Sequence record: NC_054924.1
Length of the DNA stretch: 64,000 nucleotides
Origin: Escherichia phage vB_EcoM_Lutter
Direction: 5' to 3' (one strand)
In this document: piece by piece, positions 1 to 15,229 of the stretch
How the letters are laid out: every line of letters starts with the position of its first letter
Numbering within the stretch: the first letter of the stretch is position 1
Made by a program: the position numbers and the translations under genes
Notes under the pieces: generated by a model
The model's database searches: none
Told to the model about the DNA's origin: nothing
The model's input: only the letters and a program-made list of their open reading frames with translations

Positions 1-1
1 G

Positions 2-3091
<3,090 letters not shown>

Positions 3092-3119
3092 TATTAAAGC
3101 ATATTAAAGAGGATTAAAA

Positions 3120-5099
3120 ATGACTTTATTATCTCCGGGCATTGAGCTCAAAGAAACTACGGTTCAAAGCACCGTGGTTAATAACTCTACTGGTACAGCA
3201 GCTCTGGCCGGTAAATTCCAGTGGGGTCCTGCTTTTCAAATTAAACAGGTTACAAATGAAGTAGATTTAGTTAATACTTTTGGTCAACCTACAGCTGAAA
3301 CTGCTGACTATTTTATGTCTGCAATGAATTTCTTACAATACGGAAATGATTTGCGAGTTGTGCGTGCTGTCGATAGAGATACCGCTAAAAACTCATCTCC
3401 GATTGCCGGTAATATTGAATACACTATTTCTACCCCAGGTAGTAACTACGCGGTTGGAGATAAAATCACGGTTAAGTATGTTTCAGAAGACATTGAAACA
3501 GAATGTAAAGTTACCGAAGTAGATGCTGATGGAAAAATTAAGAAAATTAATATTCCTACTGCAAAAATTATCGCTAAAGCGAAAGAAGTCGGTGAATATC
3601 CAACATTAGGTTCTAACTGGACCGCGGAAATTTCTTCGTCTTCCTCTGGTTTAGCTGCAGTAATAACTCTTGGAAAAATTATTACTGATTCTGGTATTTT
3701 ATTAGCTGAAATTGAAAATGCTGAAGCTGCCATGACAGCTGTTGACTTTCAAGCAAATCTCGAAAAATATGGAATTCCAGGAGTAGTAGCTCTTTATCCA
3801 GGCGAATTAGGCGATAAAATTGAAATTGAAATCGTATCTAAAGCTGACTACGCAAAAGGAGCTTCTGCATTACTCCCAATTTATCCAGGTGGTGGTACTC
3901 GTGCATCTACTGCTAAAGCAGTGTTTGGATATGGACCACAAACTGATTCACAGTATGCTATTATAGTTCGTCGTAATGATGCTATTGTTCAAAGCGTTGT
4001 TCTTTCAACGAAGCGTGGTGAAAAAGATATTTACGATAGTAACATCTATATTGATGACTTTTTCGCAAAAGGTGGTTCAGAATATATTTTCGCAACTGCA
4101 CAAAACTGGCCAGAAGGCTTCTCTGGAATTTTAACTCTGTCTGGTGGTTTATCATCAAATGCTGAAGTAACAGCAGGAGATTTGATGGAAGCTTGGGACT
4201 TCTTTGCTGACCGCGAATCTGTTGATGTTCAGTTGTTTATTGCGGGTTCTTGTGCCGGTGAATCTTTAGAAACAGCATCTACTGTCCAAAAACACGTCGT
4301 TTCAATTGGGGATGCTCGCCAGGATTGCTTAGTACTGTGCTCACCACCGCGTGAAACTGTAGTTGGAATTCCTGTAACTCGTGCAGTAGATAATTTAGTT
4401 AACTGGAGAACTGCGGCAGGTTCATACACTGATAATAACTTTAATATCAGTTCAACCTACGCAGCAATTGATGGTAACTACAAGTATCAGTATGACAAAT
4501 ATAATGATGTGAATCGTTGGGTTCCATTAGCAGCTGATATTGCTGGTTTATGCGCAAGAACCGATAACGTATCTCAGACTTGGATGTCTCCAGCTGGTTA
4601 TAATCGTGGCCAGATTCTTAACGTTATTAAACTGGCTATTGAAACTCGCCAGGCTCAGCGCGACCGTTTATACCAAGAAGCTATCAACCCGGTAACTGGT
4701 ACAGGTGGTGATGGTTACGTATTGTATGGTGATAAAACAGCTACTTCTGTTCCTTCTCCATTTGATCGTATTAACGTTCGTCGTCTGTTTAATATGTTGA
4801 AAACGAACATCGGACGTAGTTCAAAATATCGTTTGTTCGAATTAAACAACGCGTTTACTCGTTCATCATTCCGCACAGAAACTGCCCAGTACTTACAGGG
4901 AATTAAAGCTCTCGGTGGAATTTATGAATATCGTGTAGTTTGCGATACAACAAATAACACTCCGTCAGTAATTGATAGAAATGAGTTTGTTGCAACATTC
5001 TACATCCAACCGGCTAGAAGCATTAACTACATTACCTTAAACTTCGTAGCAACTGCTACTGGTGCAGATTTCGATGAGTTAACTGGTCTTGCAGGTTAA
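3120..5099 (+). CDS. 18: Tail sheath protein gp18
   Basis: 659 aa; sequence recognised as T4 gp18; SD GAGG upstream. Confidence 0.97.
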   Translation: MTLLSPGIELKETTVQSTVVNNSTGTAALAGKFQWGPAFQIKQVTNEVDLVNTFGQPTAETADYFMSAMNFLQYGNDLRVVRAVDRDTAKNSSPIAGNIEYTISTPGSNYAVGDKITVKYVSEDIETECKVTEVDADGKIKKINIPTAKIIAKAKEVGEYPTLGSNWTAEISSSSSGLAAVITLGKIITDSGILLAEIENAEAAMTAVDFQANLEKYGIPGVVALYPGELGDKIEIEIVSKADYAKGASALLPIYPGGGTRASTAKAVFGYGPQTDSQYAIIVRRNDAIVQSVVLSTKRGEKDIYDSNIYIDDFFAKGGSEYIFATAQNWPEGFSGILTLSGGLSSNAEVTAGDLMEAWDFFADRESVDVQLFIAGSCAGESLETASTVQKHVVSIGDARQDCLVLCSPPRETVVGIPVTRAVDNLVNWRTAAGSYTDNNFNISSTYAAIDGNYKYQYDKYNDVNRWVPLAADIAGLCARTDNVSQTWMSPAGYNRGQILNVIKLAIETRQAQRDRLYQEAINPVTGTGGDGYVLYGDKTATSVPSPFDRINVRRLFNMLKTNIGRSSKYRLFELNNAFTRSSFRTETAQYLQGIKALGGIYEYRVVCDTTNNTPSVIDRNEFVATFYIQPARSINYITLNFVATATGADFDELTGLAG

Positions 5100-5115
5100 T
5101 ACGGTGCATTCTAAA

Positions 5116-5133
5116 GGCCTGTTTCGGCAGGCC
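5116..5133 (+). terminator. GC hairpin downstream of gene 18 (possible attenuator)
   Basis: GGCCTG-tttcgg-CAGGCC inverted repeat directly after gene 18 stop; no clean U tract. Confidence 0.35.
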
Positions 5134-5134
5134 A

Positions 5135-5142
5135 TATAAATA
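5135..5142 (+). promoter_or_regulatory. Late promoter TATAAATA (gene 19, distal)
   Basis: Exact TATAAATA in the 18-19 intergenic region. Confidence 0.5.
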
Positions 5143-5193
5143 CACTATATCCTTAATTCTTTAATTCTATATGCCCTAGGTTAAACATAGGGA

Positions 5194-5201
5194 TATAAAT
5201 A
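5194..5201 (+). promoter_or_regulatory. Late promoter TATAAATA (gene 19, proximal)
   Basis: Exact TATAAATA 15 nt upstream of the gene 19 ATG. Confidence 0.55.
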
Positions 5202-5215
5202 CTACAGAGGCTAAT

Positions 5216-5707
5216 ATGTTTGTAGATGATGTAACACGAGCGTTTGAATCTGGTGATTTTGCTCGACCTAACTTATTCCAAGTAGAAATTTCTTATCTTG
5301 GACAAAATTTTACGTTCCAATGTAAAGCTACTGCTTTACCAGCTGGTATTGTAGAAAAAATTCCAGTCGGATTTATGAACCGTAAAATTAACGTAGCAGG
5401 CGATCGTACATTCGATGACTGGACTGTTACAGTAATGAACGATGAAGCTCATGATGCTCGCCAGAAGTTCGTTGATTGGCAAAGCATTGCTGCGGGACAA
5501 GGAAACGAAATTACTGGTGGAAAACCTGCAGAGTATAAAAAGAGCGCTATCGTTCGTCAATATGCTCGTGACGCTAAAACAGTAACAAAAGAAATTGAAA
5601 TTAAAGGTCTGTGGCCTACTAACGTGGGTGAACTTCAATTAGATTGGGATTCAAACAATGAAATCCAAACCTTTGAAGTAACTCTTGCTCTCGATTATTG
5701 GGAATAA
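5216..5707 (+). CDS. 19: Tail tube protein gp19
   Basis: 163 aa; position and sequence as T4 gp19. Confidence 0.95.
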   Translation: MFVDDVTRAFESGDFARPNLFQVEISYLGQNFTFQCKATALPAGIVEKIPVGFMNRKINVAGDRTFDDWTVTVMNDEAHDARQKFVDWQSIAAGQGNEITGGKPAEYKKSAIVRQYARDAKTVTKEIEIKGLWPTNVGELQLDWDSNNEIQTFEVTLALDYWE

Positions 5708-5739
5708 AATGAATGGGGAGAAATCCCCATCCTGCTTAA

Positions 5740-7364
<1,625 letters not shown>

Positions 7365-7365
<1 letters not shown>

Positions 7366-7622
7366 TGGAAGGTTTAATTGAAGCTATTAAATCAAACGAC
7401 CTCGTAGCCGCTCGTAAATTATTTGCTGAAGCCATGGCTGCAAGAACGATTGATTTAATTAAAGAAGAAAAAATTGCTATCGCTCGTAATTTCTTAATTG
7501 AAGGTGAAGAACCTGATGATGAGGATGATGACGAAGACGAGGATGATGAAGATAGCGATGATAAAGACGACAAAAAAGACAAAGATTCTGACGAAGATGA
7601 CGAAGACGAGGATGATGAATAA
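7365..7622 (+). CDS. 67: Prohead core protein gp67 with acidic D/E-rich C-terminal tail
   Basis: 85 aa, TAATG overlap with gene 20 stop; C-terminal 35 residues almost entirely D/E. Confidence 0.8.
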
Positions 7623-8047
7623 TGCTTCTGATCCCTGAAACTCATGAATTAGTTCTCGAGAATGTCGAAGCACTTATTCCTGAAGCACAGGGTCGCTTTG
7701 ACGAATTGTCTTCTGCTTTAAATAAAGACGATATAAATACAATTGTCGAGAATATGCTTGATGATGAAACTGATTTAGCGATTGCATTAGCTTCTATTAA
7801 TGAAGATATGCCGCTAAATGAATTCATCGTTAAACATGTTTCTGCTCGTGGTGAAATTACACGTACCAAAGACCGCAAGACGCGTGAACGTAATGCATTT
7901 CAAACCACCGGGCTGTCTAAAGCAAAACGTAGACAAATTGCTCGCAAAGCTACCAAAACGAAGATTGCCAATCCAGCAGGTCAATCTCGTGCTCAGCGTA
8001 AGCGTAAAAAAGCTCTTAAACGCCGTAAAGCATTAGGATTAAGCTAA
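7622..8047 (+). CDS. 68: Prohead core protein gp68
   Basis: 141 aa, basic C-terminus; position between 67 and 21 as in T4. Confidence 0.8.
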   Translation: MLLIPETHELVLENVEALIPEAQGRFDELSSALNKDDINTIVENMLDDETDLAIALASINEDMPLNEFIVKHVSARGEITRTKDRKTRERNAFQTTGLSKAKRRQIARKATKTKIANPAGQSRAQRKRKKALKRRKALGLS

Positions 8048-8685
8048 TGAATGAACCCCAATTACTAATTGAAACTTGGGGTCAACCTGGCGAAATTATT
8101 GATGGCGTACCAATGCTTGAATCCCACGATGGAAAAGACTTAGGTTTAAAACCTGGTTTATACATCGAAGGAATATTCATGCAAGCGGAAGTCGTCAATA
8201 GAAATAAACGTCTTTATCCAAAACGCATATTAGAAAAAGCGGTAAAAGACTATATCAATGAGCAAGTTTTAACTAAACAAGCTCTCGGAGAATTAAATCA
8301 TCCTCCACGCGCTAATGTTGACCCGATGCAAGCCGCTATCATTATAGAAGATATGTGGTGGAAAGGAAATGACGTATACGGACGAGCTCGTGTTATTGAA
8401 GGTGACCATGGTCCTGGAGATAAATTAGCAGCTAATATTCGTGCCGGATGGATTCCAGGAGTTTCTTCTCGTGGATTAGGTTCATTGACTGACACAAATA
8501 AAGGTTATCGTATCGTAAACGAAGGATTCAAATTAACTGTAGGTGTTGATGCAGTATGGGGTCCAAGTGCTCCAGATGCATGGGTAACTCCTAAGGAAAT
8601 TACCGAATCACAGACGGCGGAAGCCGATACAAGTGCCGATGACGCCTATATGGCTCTCGCAGAGGCCATGAAAAAAGCGTTATAA
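8047..8685 (+). CDS. 21: Prohead protease gp21
   Basis: 212 aa; sequence [23 protein letters not shown]... recognised as T4 gp21. Confidence 0.95.
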   Translation: MNEPQLLIETWGQPGEIIDGVPMLESHDGKDLGLKPGLYIEGIFMQAEVVNRNKRLYPKRILEKAVKDYINEQVLTKQALGELNHPPRANVDPMQAAIIIEDMWWKGNDVYGRARVIEGDHGPGDKLAANIRAGWIPGVSSRGLGSLTDTNKGYRIVNEGFKLTVGVDAVWGPSAPDAWVTPKEITESQTAEADTSADDAYMALAEAMKKAL

Positions 8686-8688
8686 ATA
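8681..8688 (+). promoter_or_regulatory. Late promoter TATAAATA upstream of gene 22
   Basis: Exact TATAAATA 28 nt upstream of the gene 22 ATG. Confidence 0.55.
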
Positions 8689-8715
8689 TTATTATCTAAA
8701 CAACAGGACTACAAA

Positions 8716-9525
8716 ATGCTTAAAGAACAACTGATTGCCGAAGCGCAGAAAATTGATGCTTCCGTTGCTCTTGATAGTATTTTCGAATCAGTTAATATTT
8801 CTCCGGAAGCAAAAGAAACTTTCGGCACTGTATTCGAAGCTACCGTCAAGCAGCACGCCGTTAAATTAGCTGAATCTCATATCGCTAAAATTGCTGAAAA
8901 AGCAGAAGAAGAAGTAGAAAAAAATAAAGAAGAAGCCGAAGAAAAAGCTGAGAAGAAAATCGCTGAGCAAGCTTCTAAATTCCTTGACCATCTTGCAAAA
9001 GAATGGCTCACTGAAAATAAATTAGCAGTAGATAAAGGTATCAAAGCCGAACTGTTTGAATCCATGCTTGGTGGATTGAAAGAGCTCTTTGTTGAACACA
9101 ACGTTGTTGTTCCAGAAGAATCAGTTGATGTTGTAGCTGAAATGGAAGAAGAGCTGCAAGAACATAAAGAAGAATCAGCTCGTCTGTTCGAAGAACTCAA
9201 TAAGCGTGACGCATATATCAATTATGTGCAGCGTGAAGTGGCATTGAGCGAAAGTACTAAAGATCTGACTGAGTCTCAAAAAGAAAAAGTCTCTGCTCTG
9301 GTCGAAGGTATGGATTATTCAGATGCATTCTCAAGTAAATTGAGTGCAATCGTAGAAATGGTGAAGAAATCTAATAAAGATGAAAGCACTATTACTGAGA
9401 GTATAAATACTCCTGATACTGAAGCAGCCGGACTGAATTTCGTCACTGAAGCTGTAGAAGATAAAGCTGCACAGGGTGCAGAAGATATTGTAAGTGTATA
9501 TGCGAAAGTCGCATCTCGTTTCTAA
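8716..9525 (+). CDS. 22: Prohead scaffolding core protein gp22
   Basis: 269 aa, E/K-rich coiled-coil-like scaffold; position as in T4. Confidence 0.9.
   Translation: MLKEQLIAEAQKIDASVALDSIFESVNISPEAKETFGTVFEATVKQHAVKLAESHIAKIAEKAEEEVEKNKEEAEEKAEKKIAEQASKFLDHLAKEWLTENKLAVDKGIKAELFESMLGGLKELFVEHNVVVPEESVDVVAEMEEELQEHKEESARLFEELNKRDAYINYVQREVALSESTKDLTESQKEKVSALVEGMDYSDAFSSKLSAIVEMVKKSNKDESTITESINTPDTEAAGLNFVTEAVEDKAAQGAEDIVSVYAKVASRF
9402..9409 (+). promoter_or_regulatory. Late promoter TATAAATA inside gene 22, upstream of gene 23
   Basis: Exact TATAAATA 135 nt upstream of the gene 23 ATG, inside the 3' end of gene 22. Confidence 0.55.
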
Positions 9526-9543
9526 TTTTAAAGGTTAACACAA

Positions 9544-11109
9544 ATGACTATCAAAACTAAAGCTGAACTTTTGAACAAATGGAAGCCATTACTGGAAGGT
9601 GAAGGTTTACCGGAAATTGCTAATAGCAAACAAGCGATTATCGCTAAAATCTTTGAAAACCAGGAAAAAGATTTCCAGACAGCTCCGGAATATAAAGACG
9701 AAAAAATTGCTCAGGCATTCGGTTCTTTCTTAACAGAAGCTGAAATCGGTGGTGACCACGGTTACAACGCTACTAACATCGCTGCTGGTCAGACTTCTGG
9801 CGCAGTAACCCAGATTGGCCCGGCTGTTATGGGTATGGTACGTCGTGCTATTCCTAACCTGATTGCTTTCGATATTTGTGGTGTTCAGCCGATGAACAGC
9901 CCAACCGGTCAGGTATTCGCACTCCGCGCGGTATATGGTAAAGATCCGATCGCTGCCGGTGCTAAAGAAGCATTCCACCCAATGTATGGTCCAGATGCAA
10001 TGTTCTCTGGTCAGGGTGCTGCTAAGAAATTCCCAGCTCTGGCTGCTAATACTACTACAGTTGTAGGTGACATCTATTCTCACTTCTTCCAGGAAACTGG
10101 TACTGTATATCTGCAAGCTTCTGCTATCGTAACACTTGATTCTGGCGCGACTGATGCAACTAAATTAGATGCCGAAGTTAAGAAACAAATGGAAGCTGGT
10201 GTACTGGTAGAAATCGCTGAAGGTATGGCTACTTCTATCGCTGAACTTCAGGAAGGTTTCAACGGTTCTACCGATAACCCATGGAATGAAATGGGCTTCC
10301 GTATCGATAAACAAGTTATCGAAGCTAAATCTCGTCAGCTGAAAGCTGCTTACTCCATCGAATTAGCACAAGACCTCCGCGCTGTTCACGGTATGGATGC
10401 TGATGCTGAACTGTCTGGTATTCTGGCTACCGAAATCATGCTGGAAATCAACCGTGAAGTTGTTGATTGGATTAACTACTCAGCTCAGGTTGGTAAATCT
10501 GGTATGACCCTGACTCCGGGTTCTAAAGCTGGTGTGTTTGACTTCCAGGATCCGATTGATATTCGTGGTGCTCGCTGGGCGGGTGAATCCTTTAAAGCTC
10601 TGTTGTTCCAGATTGACAAAGAAGCAGTTGAAATTGCTCGTCAGACCGGTCGTGGTGAAGGTAACTTCATTATCGCTTCCCGTAACGTAGTTAACGTTCT
10701 GGCTTCAGTTGATACTGGCATTTCTTATGCTGCACAGGGTCTGGCTACCGGCTTTAACACTGATACTACCAAGTCAGTATTTGCTGGTGTTCTGGGTGGT
10801 AAATACCGTGTATATATCGACCAGTATGCTAAACAGGATTATTTCACTGTAGGTTATAAAGGTCCGAACGAAATGGATGCTGGTATTTACTACGCTCCAT
10901 ATGTAGCTCTGACTCCGCTGCGTGGTTCCGATCCGAAGAACTTCCAACCAGTAATGGGATTCAAAACTCGTTACGGTATCGGTATCAACCCATTTGCAGA
11001 ATCCGCTGCTCAGGCTCCGGCTTCTCGCATCCAGAGCGGTATGCCTTCTATTCTGAATAGCCTTGGTAAAAACGCTTACTTCCGCCGTGTATATGTTAAA
11101 GGTATCTAA
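9544..11109 (+). CDS. 23: Major capsid protein gp23
   Basis: 521 aa; sequence recognised as T4 gp23; strongly biased codon usage. Confidence 0.98.
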   Translation: MTIKTKAELLNKWKPLLEGEGLPEIANSKQAIIAKIFENQEKDFQTAPEYKDEKIAQAFGSFLTEAEIGGDHGYNATNIAAGQTSGAVTQIGPAVMGMVRRAIPNLIAFDICGVQPMNSPTGQVFALRAVYGKDPIAAGAKEAFHPMYGPDAMFSGQGAAKKFPALAANTTTVVGDIYSHFFQETGTVYLQASAIVTLDSGATDATKLDAEVKKQMEAGVLVEIAEGMATSIAELQEGFNGSTDNPWNEMGFRIDKQVIEAKSRQLKAAYSIELAQDLRAVHGMDADAELSGILATEIMLEINREVVDWINYSAQVGKSGMTLTPGSKAGVFDFQDPIDIRGARWAGESFKALLFQIDKEAVEIARQTGRGEGNFIIASRNVVNVLASVDTGISYAAQGLATGFNTDTTKSVFAGVLGGKYRVYIDQYAKQDYFTVGYKGPNEMDAGIYYAPYVALTPLRGSDPKNFQPVMGFKTRYGIGINPFAESAAQAPASRIQSGMPSILNSLGKNAYFRRVYVKGI

Positions 11110-11124
11110 TCTTTGACGATTTAA

Positions 11125-11155
11125 GGGACCTTCGGGTCCCTTTAGTTGTTTTTAT
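11125..11155 (+). terminator. Rho-independent terminator after gene 23
   Basis: GGGACC-ttcg-GGTCCC hairpin followed by a T-rich tract. Confidence 0.75.
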
Positions 11156-11157
11156 GG

Positions 11158-11165
11158 TATAAATA
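11158..11165 (+). promoter_or_regulatory. Late promoter TATAAATA upstream of gene 24
   Basis: Exact TATAAATA 27 nt upstream of the gene 24 ATG. Confidence 0.55.
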
Positions 11166-11192
11166 AATCATATAAACCAAAAGGAAAGCGCA

Positions 11193-12476
11193 ATGGCTAA
11201 AATCAACGAACTTCTGCGCGAATCAACCACAACGAATAGCAACTCAATCGGTCGCCCAAATCTCGTTGCTTTGACTCGCGCTACCACTAAATTAATATAT
11301 TCTGACATTGTAGCAACGCAAAGAACTAATCAACCTGTTGCTGCTTTTTATGGTATCAAATACCTTAACCCTGATAACGAATTTACATTTAAAACTGGTG
11401 CTACTTACGCCGGCGAAGCTGGGTATGTAGACCGAGAACAAATCACAGAATTAACAGAAGAGTCTAAATTAACTCTCAATAAAGGCGATTTATTCAAATA
11501 TAATAATATCGTTTATAAAGTATTAGAAGATACACCATTTGCTGATATTGAAGAAAGCGATTTAGAATTAGCTCTTCAGATTGCAATCGTTCTTTTAAAG
11601 GTTCGTCTATTTTCTGATGCTGCAGTAACAAGCAAATTTGAAAGCTCTGATAGTGAAATTGCGGATGCTAGATTCCAGATTAATAAATGGCAAACCGCAG
11701 TTAAATCTCGTAAACTTAAAACTGGCATTACGGTTGAATTAGCACAAGATTTAGAAGCAAATGGATTCGATGCTCCTAATTTCTTGGAAGATTTGCTTGC
11801 AACTGAAATGGCGGATGAAATCAATAAAGATATTCTGCAGTCTTTGATTACAGTATCAAAACGCTATAAAGTCACAGGAATTACTGATACTGGATTCATT
11901 GATTTGAGTTATGCATCTGCACCTGAAGCTGGTCGTTCATTATACCGAATGGTGTGTGAAATGGTTTCGCATATCCAAAAAGAATCAACTTATACAGCAA
12001 CGTTCTGTGTTGCTTCTGCTCGTGCCGCCGCGATTCTTGCTGCATCAGGTTGGTTAAAACATAAACCAGAAGATGATAAATATCTTTCACAAAATGCCTA
12101 CGGGTTCTTAGCTAATGGTTTACCGCTTTATTGCGATACTAACAGCCCATTAGATTATGTAATCGTTGGTGTAGTAGAAAATATCGGTGAAAAAGAAATT
12201 GTTGGATCAATTTTCTATGCTCCGTATACAGAAGGTCTCGACTTAGATGACCCTGAACATGTAGGTGCATTTAAAGTTGTTGTTGACCCAGAAAGTTTGC
12301 AGCCATCTATCGGTTTATTAGTTAGATATGCTTTATCAGCAAATCCTTACACCGTAGCAAAAGATGAAAAAGAAGCAAGAGTAATTGATGGTGGAGACAT
12401 GGATAAAATGGCGGGTCGTTCAGATTTGTCTGTTTTATTAGGTGTTAAGCTACCAAAAATTATCATTGATGAATAA
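11193..12476 (+). CDS. 24: Capsid vertex protein gp24
   Basis: 427 aa; gp23-like fold signature; position as in T4. Confidence 0.95.
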   Translation: MAKINELLRESTTTNSNSIGRPNLVALTRATTKLIYSDIVATQRTNQPVAAFYGIKYLNPDNEFTFKTGATYAGEAGYVDREQITELTEESKLTLNKGDLFKYNNIVYKVLEDTPFADIEESDLELALQIAIVLLKVRLFSDAAVTSKFESSDSEIADARFQINKWQTAVKSRKLKTGITVELAQDLEANGFDAPNFLEDLLATEMADEINKDILQSLITVSKRYKVTGITDTGFIDLSYASAPEAGRSLYRMVCEMVSHIQKESTYTATFCVASARAAAILAASGWLKHKPEDDKYLSQNAYGFLANGLPLYCDTNSPLDYVIVGVVENIGEKEIVGSIFYAPYTEGLDLDDPEHVGAFKVVVDPESLQPSIGLLVRYALSANPYTVAKDEKEARVIDGGDMDKMAGRSDLSVLLGVKLPKIIIDE

Positions 12477-12480
12477 AACA

Positions 12481-12505
12481 AAGGGACCTTTCGGTCCCTT
12501 TTTAT
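12481..12505. terminator. Bidirectional terminator between convergent genes 24 and rnlB
   Basis: AGGGACC-tttc-GGTCCCT hairpin with A-rich 5' and T-rich 3' flanks. Confidence 0.7.
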
Positions 12506-13510
12506 TTAACTTACCAATTCAATCCAAGCCGGACGAAGTACATCTTGTACCATTTTAACTAATTCCTTTTTAATCAAAGAAGGATTATCCGCTTGAGTTA
12601 GAGTAATACCTTCACGAGAAGTTTCTTCCAAAATATCTTGAACAGTTAGTCCCATCACCTTTCCAAAATCTTTTGGACCAATTTCGCCAATTTTAGAAAT
12701 AACGTTATTTACTCGGTTTAGTGTAACGTAACAAGCTAAAATCCCCACCAATTTGTTATCAGCTTCTGACAGTTCAACTTTAGCTTTAATAGGCTTATCA
12801 GACTTTTTCTTTTCACTAAATTTAGAATTCTTGCATTTGATGGCTACACGATTGCGATTAGGCAGCCAAGAAGGATAACAAGGTTTCAATACATATCCTT
12901 CAGCGGTAAATACTTCGCCTTTGGCTTCAGCTTTCCAAACACATTTGTTAGCGTCAATTAAACCTGCATTATCTACGGTAAAATTATAAGACGGAACAAC
13001 AGAATCCAAATCATTTGGAAGTTTAATAAGATCTTCAAATTTACCACGACCCAAAAGTGGAGCGATTTTAAACCCAAATGAATTACAAAACGATTCCATC
13101 ATGTAATCATCAACATAAGTTACATCACCACTTTCGGTAGTGACAATAATGTCAAATACATAAAAATCTTTATCGCCATAATCAACATTCTTCTGAATGC
13201 CAGGTCCAGCGAATTCGCCAAAAACTTGATAAGTCACAACAGCTGAAGTTTCCATAATTTCTTGGACAGCTTTAATAGAATCTTCGTAATTCTTTAAAAT
13301 AATTTCATAACCGAAGAAATCTTCAGCAGGAAGAATTGGTCCAGTACGTTTAGCGCAAGTTACTTTATCACGCTCAATAATCAATGAGAAATTTGTGCCG
13401 TGAATCTTTTCACGAGCTACCCATTCGCCGCCAGTCAATCCCAAGCTATAAAGTTTTTCAATAAATTTAGAGTTGTAATGATTTTCAAGACTGCTATACT
13501 TTTTAAACAT
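12506..13510 (-). CDS. rnlB: RNA ligase 2 (Rnl2)
   Basis: 334 aa; nucleotidyltransferase lysine motif EKIHGTN; sequence recognised as T4 Rnl2. Confidence 0.9.
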   Translation of the reverse strand: MFKKYSSLENHYNSKFIEKLYSLGLTGGEWVAREKIHGTNFSLIIERDKVTCAKRTGPILPAEDFFGYEIILKNYEDSIKAVQEIMETSAVVTYQVFGEFAGPGIQKNVDYGDKDFYVFDIIVTTESGDVTYVDDYMMESFCNSFGFKIAPLLGRGKFEDLIKLPNDLDSVVPSYNFTVDNAGLIDANKCVWKAEAKGEVFTAEGYVLKPCYPSWLPNRNRVAIKCKNSKFSEKKKSDKPIKAKVELSEADNKLVGILACYVTLNRVNNVISKIGEIGPKDFGKVMGLTVQDILEETSREGITLTQADNPSLIKKELVKMVQDVLRPAWIELVS

Positions 13511-13519
13511 AATTAATCC

Positions 13520-13798
13520 TCAAAATGTAATTTCTAACCAATCACCATCACGCTGATCACTATTGACTTTAAAGCTGAATCCCTCTTTTCTCAGCCAATC
13601 ACCAATTTCTTCAGTAATCAATTTATCGCGAGCAGTACAATAATAACTAAAATATGTTTTACCTTGTTCAGCTGCTTTATTAGCAAGTTCTGAAAAATCT
13701 TTAATAAAACACTCTAGCTTAAACTGTTTACTTTTTAATGCTTTTTCACGTAATTGATTAGCAAAAGATTCATTTTCATAAAGATCATACTGTTCCAT
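13520..13798 (-). CDS. Hypothetical protein (T4 24.2 position)
   Basis: 92 aa ORF with ATG start, tightly packed between rnlB and next ORF. Confidence 0.6.
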   Translation of the reverse strand: MEQYDLYENESFANQLREKALKSKQFKLECFIKDFSELANKAAEQGKTYFSYYCTARDKLITEEIGDWLRKEGFSFKVNSDQRDGDWLEITF

Positions 13799-14000
13799 TT
13801 TTCACCTTTTTATTGATATGTCTTTTTCTATAGACAACTTTTTCTCGAGTTTCAAATTTATTCTTAGCAGTCATAGCTCGAGCCCATAATACAGCCACTT
13901 CTTTCGCCTGTAAGTTTAATTCACGAGCAATTTCAATGAATGACTTTCCAGACTCATGAAGAGTAAACACCACAACCTCAGTTCTCATAATCAATCTCAT
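13785..14000 (-). CDS. Hypothetical small protein, possible helix-turn-helix (T4 24.3 position)
   Basis: 71 aa ORF, basic C-terminus; overlaps downstream ORF start. Confidence 0.55.
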   Translation of the reverse strand: MRLIMRTEVVVFTLHESGKSFIEIARELNLQAKEVAVLWARAMTAKNKFETREKVVYRKRHINKKVKNGTV

Positions 14001-14049
14001 GTTATCGAGTTGGTGCCATTATATACATCATTTTCTGATTGTGTTTTGT

Positions 14050-14085
14050 GTGCTTTCAAAATGAAGAAAGGGGCCGAAGCCCCTT
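14050..14085 (-). terminator. Terminator downstream of hoc
   Basis: AAGGGGC-cgaa-GCCCCTT hairpin just past hoc stop, T-rich on minus strand. Confidence 0.6.
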
Positions 14086-14089
14086 ATGA

Positions 14090-15220
14090 TTATGGATAGG
14101 TATAGATGATACCAGTTTCTAAAGCAGTTTTATGAATGATGTATCCATTACGTGATTCTTGAACATCAACTTCTGGATAGTCTTTCATCATCTTCTGAAG
14201 GGTGTAACGATGCAGGTAGTATTTACTATCTGGATCTTCAGTTTTCCAATCTTTACCTTCTTCGGTCATTTTTTGGATTTCATCCATAACCCACCAACCG
14301 CACCAGATGTAAGCTGAAGTACGATGTGGAAGAGGATGAACATAAGGTAATTCACCTTCTGGTTCCGGAGCAACTTTATCAGTTACCTGAACTTGACCTT
14401 CTGCTGTAATAGTTTTGCTATCGTAATCAGTTGCAGTAATAGTTGCAGTAACTTCAATAGTTTGACTTCCAATAGATGATGTATCAACAGTGTATACATT
14501 AGTTGACCCTTCTACTGGAGAAGAATCTTTCTTCCATGAATATTCGATTTGTGCTTCTTCTGGAGCATCCGTAACATTAGCAGTAAATGTAGCCGAAGCA
14601 TCTTGCTGAACGTTAATAGAAGGAGGAGTCAATGTAACCCGTGGATTCATTGTTTTCTTATTAACAGTCAATGATACTTCATTAGAAGTAACTTCCTTTT
14701 CATTGTAATTTTCTGCAGTTACTTGCGCTACACACTTAACTGTTTTAGCTCCAACTGTGGTAGGAGTATAGTTAAATGTAGTAGTAGTTTCTCCATCGAC
14801 CAGAGAACCGTCAACATACCACTGATACGTAGCAGATGCTCCTAGCGGCTGCGAAGCTAAGGCAGCAGTAAATTGAACTGGGGTTCCAATTACTCCTGCT
14901 GGAGGACTATCAGGAGTTACTGCCAACGTAGTTGACTGAGTTTTATTTTTAACCGTGATAGTCGTAGTAATTTCTGCTGTTTCGGGACTACTATCGGCAA
15001 CTTGATTTGTTGCAACAACTTTAATTGTTTTTGTTCCAGCAGGTCCTTTTAATACATAATTAAAAGTTGCTTCAGCTCCATCTTGTGGAACATCATCTAC
15101 GCTCCAAGCATATGTAATAGGTCCATCTCCAGTTTGACCACTGGGTGTAGCAGTAAACTGCTGAGTCTGATCTATAACTCCAGTAGGTGTTTTAGGAGTT
15201 ATATCAACTGTAAAAGTCAT
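14090..15220 (-). CDS. hoc: Hoc, highly immunogenic outer capsid protein with Ig-like domains
   Basis: 376 aa, T/S/V-rich repeated beta-type modules; position and length as T4 Hoc. Confidence 0.9.
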   Translation of the reverse strand: MTFTVDITPKTPTGVIDQTQQFTATPSGQTGDGPITYAWSVDDVPQDGAEATFNYVLKGPAGTKTIKVVATNQVADSSPETAEITTTITVKNKTQSTTLAVTPDSPPAGVIGTPVQFTAALASQPLGASATYQWYVDGSLVDGETTTTFNYTPTTVGAKTVKCVAQVTAENYNEKEVTSNEVSLTVNKKTMNPRVTLTPPSINVQQDASATFTANVTDAPEEAQIEYSWKKDSSPVEGSTNVYTVDTSSIGSQTIEVTATITATDYDSKTITAEGQVQVTDKVAPEPEGELPYVHPLPHRTSAYIWCGWWVMDEIQKMTEEGKDWKTEDPDSKYYLHRYTLQKMMKDYPEVDVQESRNGYIIHKTALETGIIYTYP

Positions 15221-15229
15221 AAGTTATCC

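Noticed and set aside
9730-10116. 128-aa antisense ORF inside gene 23
   Set aside because: Lies entirely within the major capsid gene on the opposite strand; an artefact of codon bias.
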